DNA of 64,000 nt from Vicinamibacterales bacterium (GTDB lineage: Bacteria; Acidobacteriota; Vicinamibacteria; Vicinamibacterales; UBA2999): NCBI GenBank assembly GCA_050185275.1, contig JBFWZN010000003.1:147436-211435 (forward strand). The letters run 5' to 3'. Every line of letters starts with the position of its first letter. The first letter of the stretch is position 1. Positions 61,334 through 64,000 of the stretch are shown piece by piece. The notes under the pieces were generated by a model that searched no databases, was not told the origin of the DNA, and saw nothing but the letters and a program-made list of their open reading frames with translations. The translations under genes and the position numbers were made by a program.

Positions 61334-62710
61334 ATGCGACGACCCACGTCCCTTCTCCTGCTGACGGCCGGCCTGGCCGTCGTGGCCGCCTGCGCCTCGG
61401 CCGAGGCGCCCTCCGATCCACCCGCCGGGACGGCCAACGGCGTCGCGGCTCCCGGTGCACCGCTCGCCCTTGTGGGCGGCACGCTCATCGACGGGGGTGA
61501 GGGCCCGCCCGTTCGCAACAGCGTGGTGCTCGTGCGCGACGGCCGCATCGAGCAGGTGGGAACGGTGGCGGACACGCCCGTCCCCGAGGGGTACGCCGTG
61601 GTGGACACCAACGGCATGAGCGTCCTGCCGGGGCTGTGGGACGCGCACGTCCACCTGCTCTACGCCGGGCACACCCAGCTTCCCGCCTGGCACGAGACCT
61701 ACACGGAGCGGTTCGCCACCGAGATCATGCCCGCCACGGCACGCCAGCACCTGCTGGCCGGCGTCACCAGCGTGCGGGACCTGGGCGCACCGCCCGACGC
61801 CATCCTGTCGGTCCGCGACCGCATTGCCGCGGGTGAACTGGAAGGGCCCACGGTGTACGCGGCCGGTCCGCAGCTCAATCGGAGCTTTCCCGAGTGGGCG
61901 CGCTTCTACAGGCGTGCGGTGGCAGACCCGGAGGATGCCGCTCGCGTCGCCAACGCGCTCATCGATGCCGGCGTGGACGCGCTGAAGATCACCAACGCCG
62001 AGGGCATGACCGTGGCCGACATCCGCGCCATCACGGACGCGGCGCACGCGCGTGGCGTCATCGTGGCCGCGCACGGCCGCAGCAACGCCGAGATCAGGAT
62101 GGGCCTCGAGGGCGGCGTGGACGAGTTCGAGCACGTGGGCCTGACCGGCGACGACGATGCCGGGTACCCCCCAGACCTGCTGGCGGCCATCCGCGCGCGT
62201 GTGGTGTCCGGCCCGCCCCTCTACTGGACGCTCACGGTGGGGCTCGCCCTGCGCGGCGCCGACATGGCGCGCGACCGGGAGTTGCTCGACGCGTCCGAAG
62301 CCTACGAGGGGCTGCCGCCCGACGTCGCGGCCGACGTCCGCACGGCGGTGGCCGGCTTCGCGGCCGAGCCGGCCAACCGCGAGGCCATCGTCCGGAAGGT
62401 GCGGCAGTTGCGTGATGCGGGCGTCGAGTTCCTGGTGGGCAGCGATGCCGGGCTCGCCGGCAACTTCCACGCGCAGGCGCTCTGGCAGGAGATGGATGCC
62501 TGGGTGCGGGTCCTCGGCATCGAGCCACTCGAGGTGATCCGTCGCGCGACAGCGGTCCCGGCGGCGGCCCTCGGTCGCGGGGGCGAAGTGGGAGTGGTGG
62601 CGCCTGGCCAGGTGGCCGACGTAATTGCCGTGGCGGGCGATCCGCTGGTGCACATGAACGTGGTCCGGCACCCTGCGGTCGTGATCGCGCGCGGGCGCCG
62701 GGTCCGGTAA
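61334..62710 (+). CDS. amidohydrolase-family lipoprotein (imidazolonepropionase/prolidase-like)
   Basis: Lipobox LLLTAGLAVVAAC. Metal-binding entry motif VLPGLWDAHVHL is followed by further His/Asp motifs (AAHGRS, GSDAG). Confidence 0.82.
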   Translation: MRRPTSLLLLTAGLAVVAACASAEAPSDPPAGTANGVAAPGAPLALVGGTLIDGGEGPPVRNSVVLVRDGRIEQVGTVADTPVPEGYAVVDTNGMSVLPGLWDAHVHLLYAGHTQLPAWHETYTERFATEIMPATARQHLLAGVTSVRDLGAPPDAILSVRDRIAAGELEGPTVYAAGPQLNRSFPEWARFYRRAVADPEDAARVANALIDAGVDALKITNAEGMTVADIRAITDAAHARGVIVAAHGRSNAEIRMGLEGGVDEFEHVGLTGDDDAGYPPDLLAAIRARVVSGPPLYWTLTVGLALRGADMARDRELLDASEAYEGLPPDVAADVRTAVAGFAAEPANREAIVRKVRQLRDAGVEFLVGSDAGLAGNFHAQALWQEMDAWVRVLGIEPLEVIRRATAVPAAALGRGGEVGVVAPGQVADVIAVAGDPLVHMNVVRHPAVVIARGRRVR

Positions 62711-62793
62711 CGCGCCGCGCCCGACGCTTCGTGTACCCTGCTGGAGCACACGGACCCGCACGTTCGTCCCTTCAGCGAAAGGTGAGTACTCAC

Positions 62794-63216
62794 ATGGCCG
62801 TATCGACCGCGCAGGCAACCTGGACGGGCACGCTCAAGGAAGGCTCCGGCTCCATGGCCGGAGGGACAGGACACTTCAGTGCGCCTTTCACGTTCGTGTC
62901 CCGGTTCGAGGGCGCCGCCAGCGGCACCAACCCGGAGGAACTGATCGGAGCGGCGCACGCCGGCTGCTTCTCGATGTTCCTGGCGGCGCAGCTCACGAGC
63001 GCCGGCCATCCGCCCACCCGTATCGAGACCACCGCCACCGTGTACCTGGGCGCCGGGCCCGCCATCGAGAAGATCGAGCTGATGACCGTGGCCGAGGTGC
63101 CCGGCGTGTCGGTCGATGTCTTCAACGAGAAGGTGGCCTTCTCGAAGCAGAACTGTCCCGTCTCCAAGGCCTTGGCCAGCGTGCCCACGATCACGATCGC
63201 CGCGACGTTGCGCTGA
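62794..63216 (+). CDS. OsmC-family peroxiredoxin
   Basis: ATWTGTLKEGSGSM...TNPEELIGAAHAGCFSM...NCPVSKAL carries both conserved Cys residues. Confidence 0.88.
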   Translation: MAVSTAQATWTGTLKEGSGSMAGGTGHFSAPFTFVSRFEGAASGTNPEELIGAAHAGCFSMFLAAQLTSAGHPPTRIETTATVYLGAGPAIEKIELMTVAEVPGVSVDVFNEKVAFSKQNCPVSKALASVPTITIAATLR

Positions 63217-63236
63217 CAGGGGATTCGTCCGCACTC

Positions 63237-63854
63237 ATGCTGCCGCGGGCCGAGATCGGGGAACTGTTCGGCGAGATCGACATCTATCTTTTCGACCAGC
63301 TGGCGCGCGGGCGCTTCGACACGCGCCGGCGGGTGCTCGACGTCGGGTGTGGCGACGGACGCAACCTCCACTATTTGCTCCGGCGGGGCTATGACTGTCA
63401 TGGCCTCGACCGGAGCCGCGCATCCGTCGATCGCCTCCTGGCGGCAGCCCGCGAGGTCGAGCCGTCGGCGCCGCCCGACCGCTTCGTGGTGGGCGAGGCT
63501 GATGCGCTGCCGTGGGAGGACGGGCGCTTCGACGTGGTGATCAGCAGCGCGGTGCTGCACTTCGCCGAGGACACGCCACACTTCGGGCGCATGGTCAGCG
63601 AGGCGTGGCGGGTGCTGGCGGCCGGCGGTTTGTTCTTCGCGCGCCTGGCGTCGGTGACGGGGCTCGACGGCTTTGCCGACGCCGCCGGTCGGCGGACGCG
63701 GCTGCCGGACGGATCCGACCGCTACGTGGTGAGCGACGCCGTGCTGCTCCACTGGACGGAGCGCCTGGGCGCCCGGCTGGCCGACCCGATCAAGACGACC
63801 AACGTGCAGGGCGCCCGGTGCATGACGACCTGGTGCCTGTTCAAGCAACCCTGA
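63237..63854 (+). CDS. class I SAM-dependent methyltransferase
   Basis: Motif I is VLDVGCGDGRN. The post-I acidic residue is in GLD. Motif II/III reads FDVVISSAVLHF. Confidence 0.85.
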   Translation: MLPRAEIGELFGEIDIYLFDQLARGRFDTRRRVLDVGCGDGRNLHYLLRRGYDCHGLDRSRASVDRLLAAAREVEPSAPPDRFVVGEADALPWEDGRFDVVISSAVLHFAEDTPHFGRMVSEAWRVLAAGGLFFARLASVTGLDGFADAAGRRTRLPDGSDRYVVSDAVLLHWTERLGARLADPIKTTNVQGARCMTTWCLFKQP

Positions 63855-64000
63855 CGCGGTGTGCGCCCGGTGGAGCGCGCTGGCCCGTCGAGCGGAGGGC
63901 CGGGCCGACGGGCCCGCGCGCCCCACCGTCGGGCACACCGTACTAGTCCTTGTCGCGCGAGCCGAGCGCTCGCGCCAGGCCGACCCCTCCTGCCACCAGC

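Noticed and set aside
61145-62818. The upstream about 558 codons of the 697-aa minus-strand ORF 60725-62818
   Set aside because: This part is antisense to the well-supported amidohydrolase gene (61334-62710). Only the last 139 codons, from the ATG at 61144, form a credible signal-peptide-bearing DUF6152-like protein.

Overview
This is a high-GC bacterial chromosomal window. Hand counts of sampled 60-nt lines give about 70-78% GC in housekeeping stretches. Three PEP-CTERM proteins, a DUF5916-like protein and carboxypeptidase-regulatory-like proteins suggest Gemmatimonadota, Acidobacteriota or a similar phylum, but that is inference only. The backbone holds one tRNA-Ser, an IorAB/XdhC/MocA molybdoenzyme operon, an ABC exporter, a PrpD-family protein, an ECF sigma/anti-sigma pair, a Fic protein, a two-component system, SulP plus tandem USPs, and several secreted or redox proteins. 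Several toxin-antitoxin modules are decayed remnants. The accessory core lies at about 16.8-33.3 kb and has no integrase or transposase. It is a mosaic of lower-GC segments (sampled lines 48-58% GC) and host-like segments. It encodes a type I R-M system (hsdM, hsdS, hsdR) with an RloC/PrrC-like ABC/SMC ATPase inserted between hsdM and hsdS, and a McrBC system whose McrB has a long multi-module N-terminus. At the left edge is a 697-aa protein (17385..19478, minus strand). By eye it is a full-length GroEL/Cpn60 homologue fused to an N-terminal nucleoside 2-deoxyribosyltransferase/TIR-like domain. I do not recognise this architecture as a described defence system, and it is the top candidate for something new. 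All calls come from reading the translated ORFs for motifs. No database search was run. Start codons are inferred from RBS or signal-peptide logic and are approximate.
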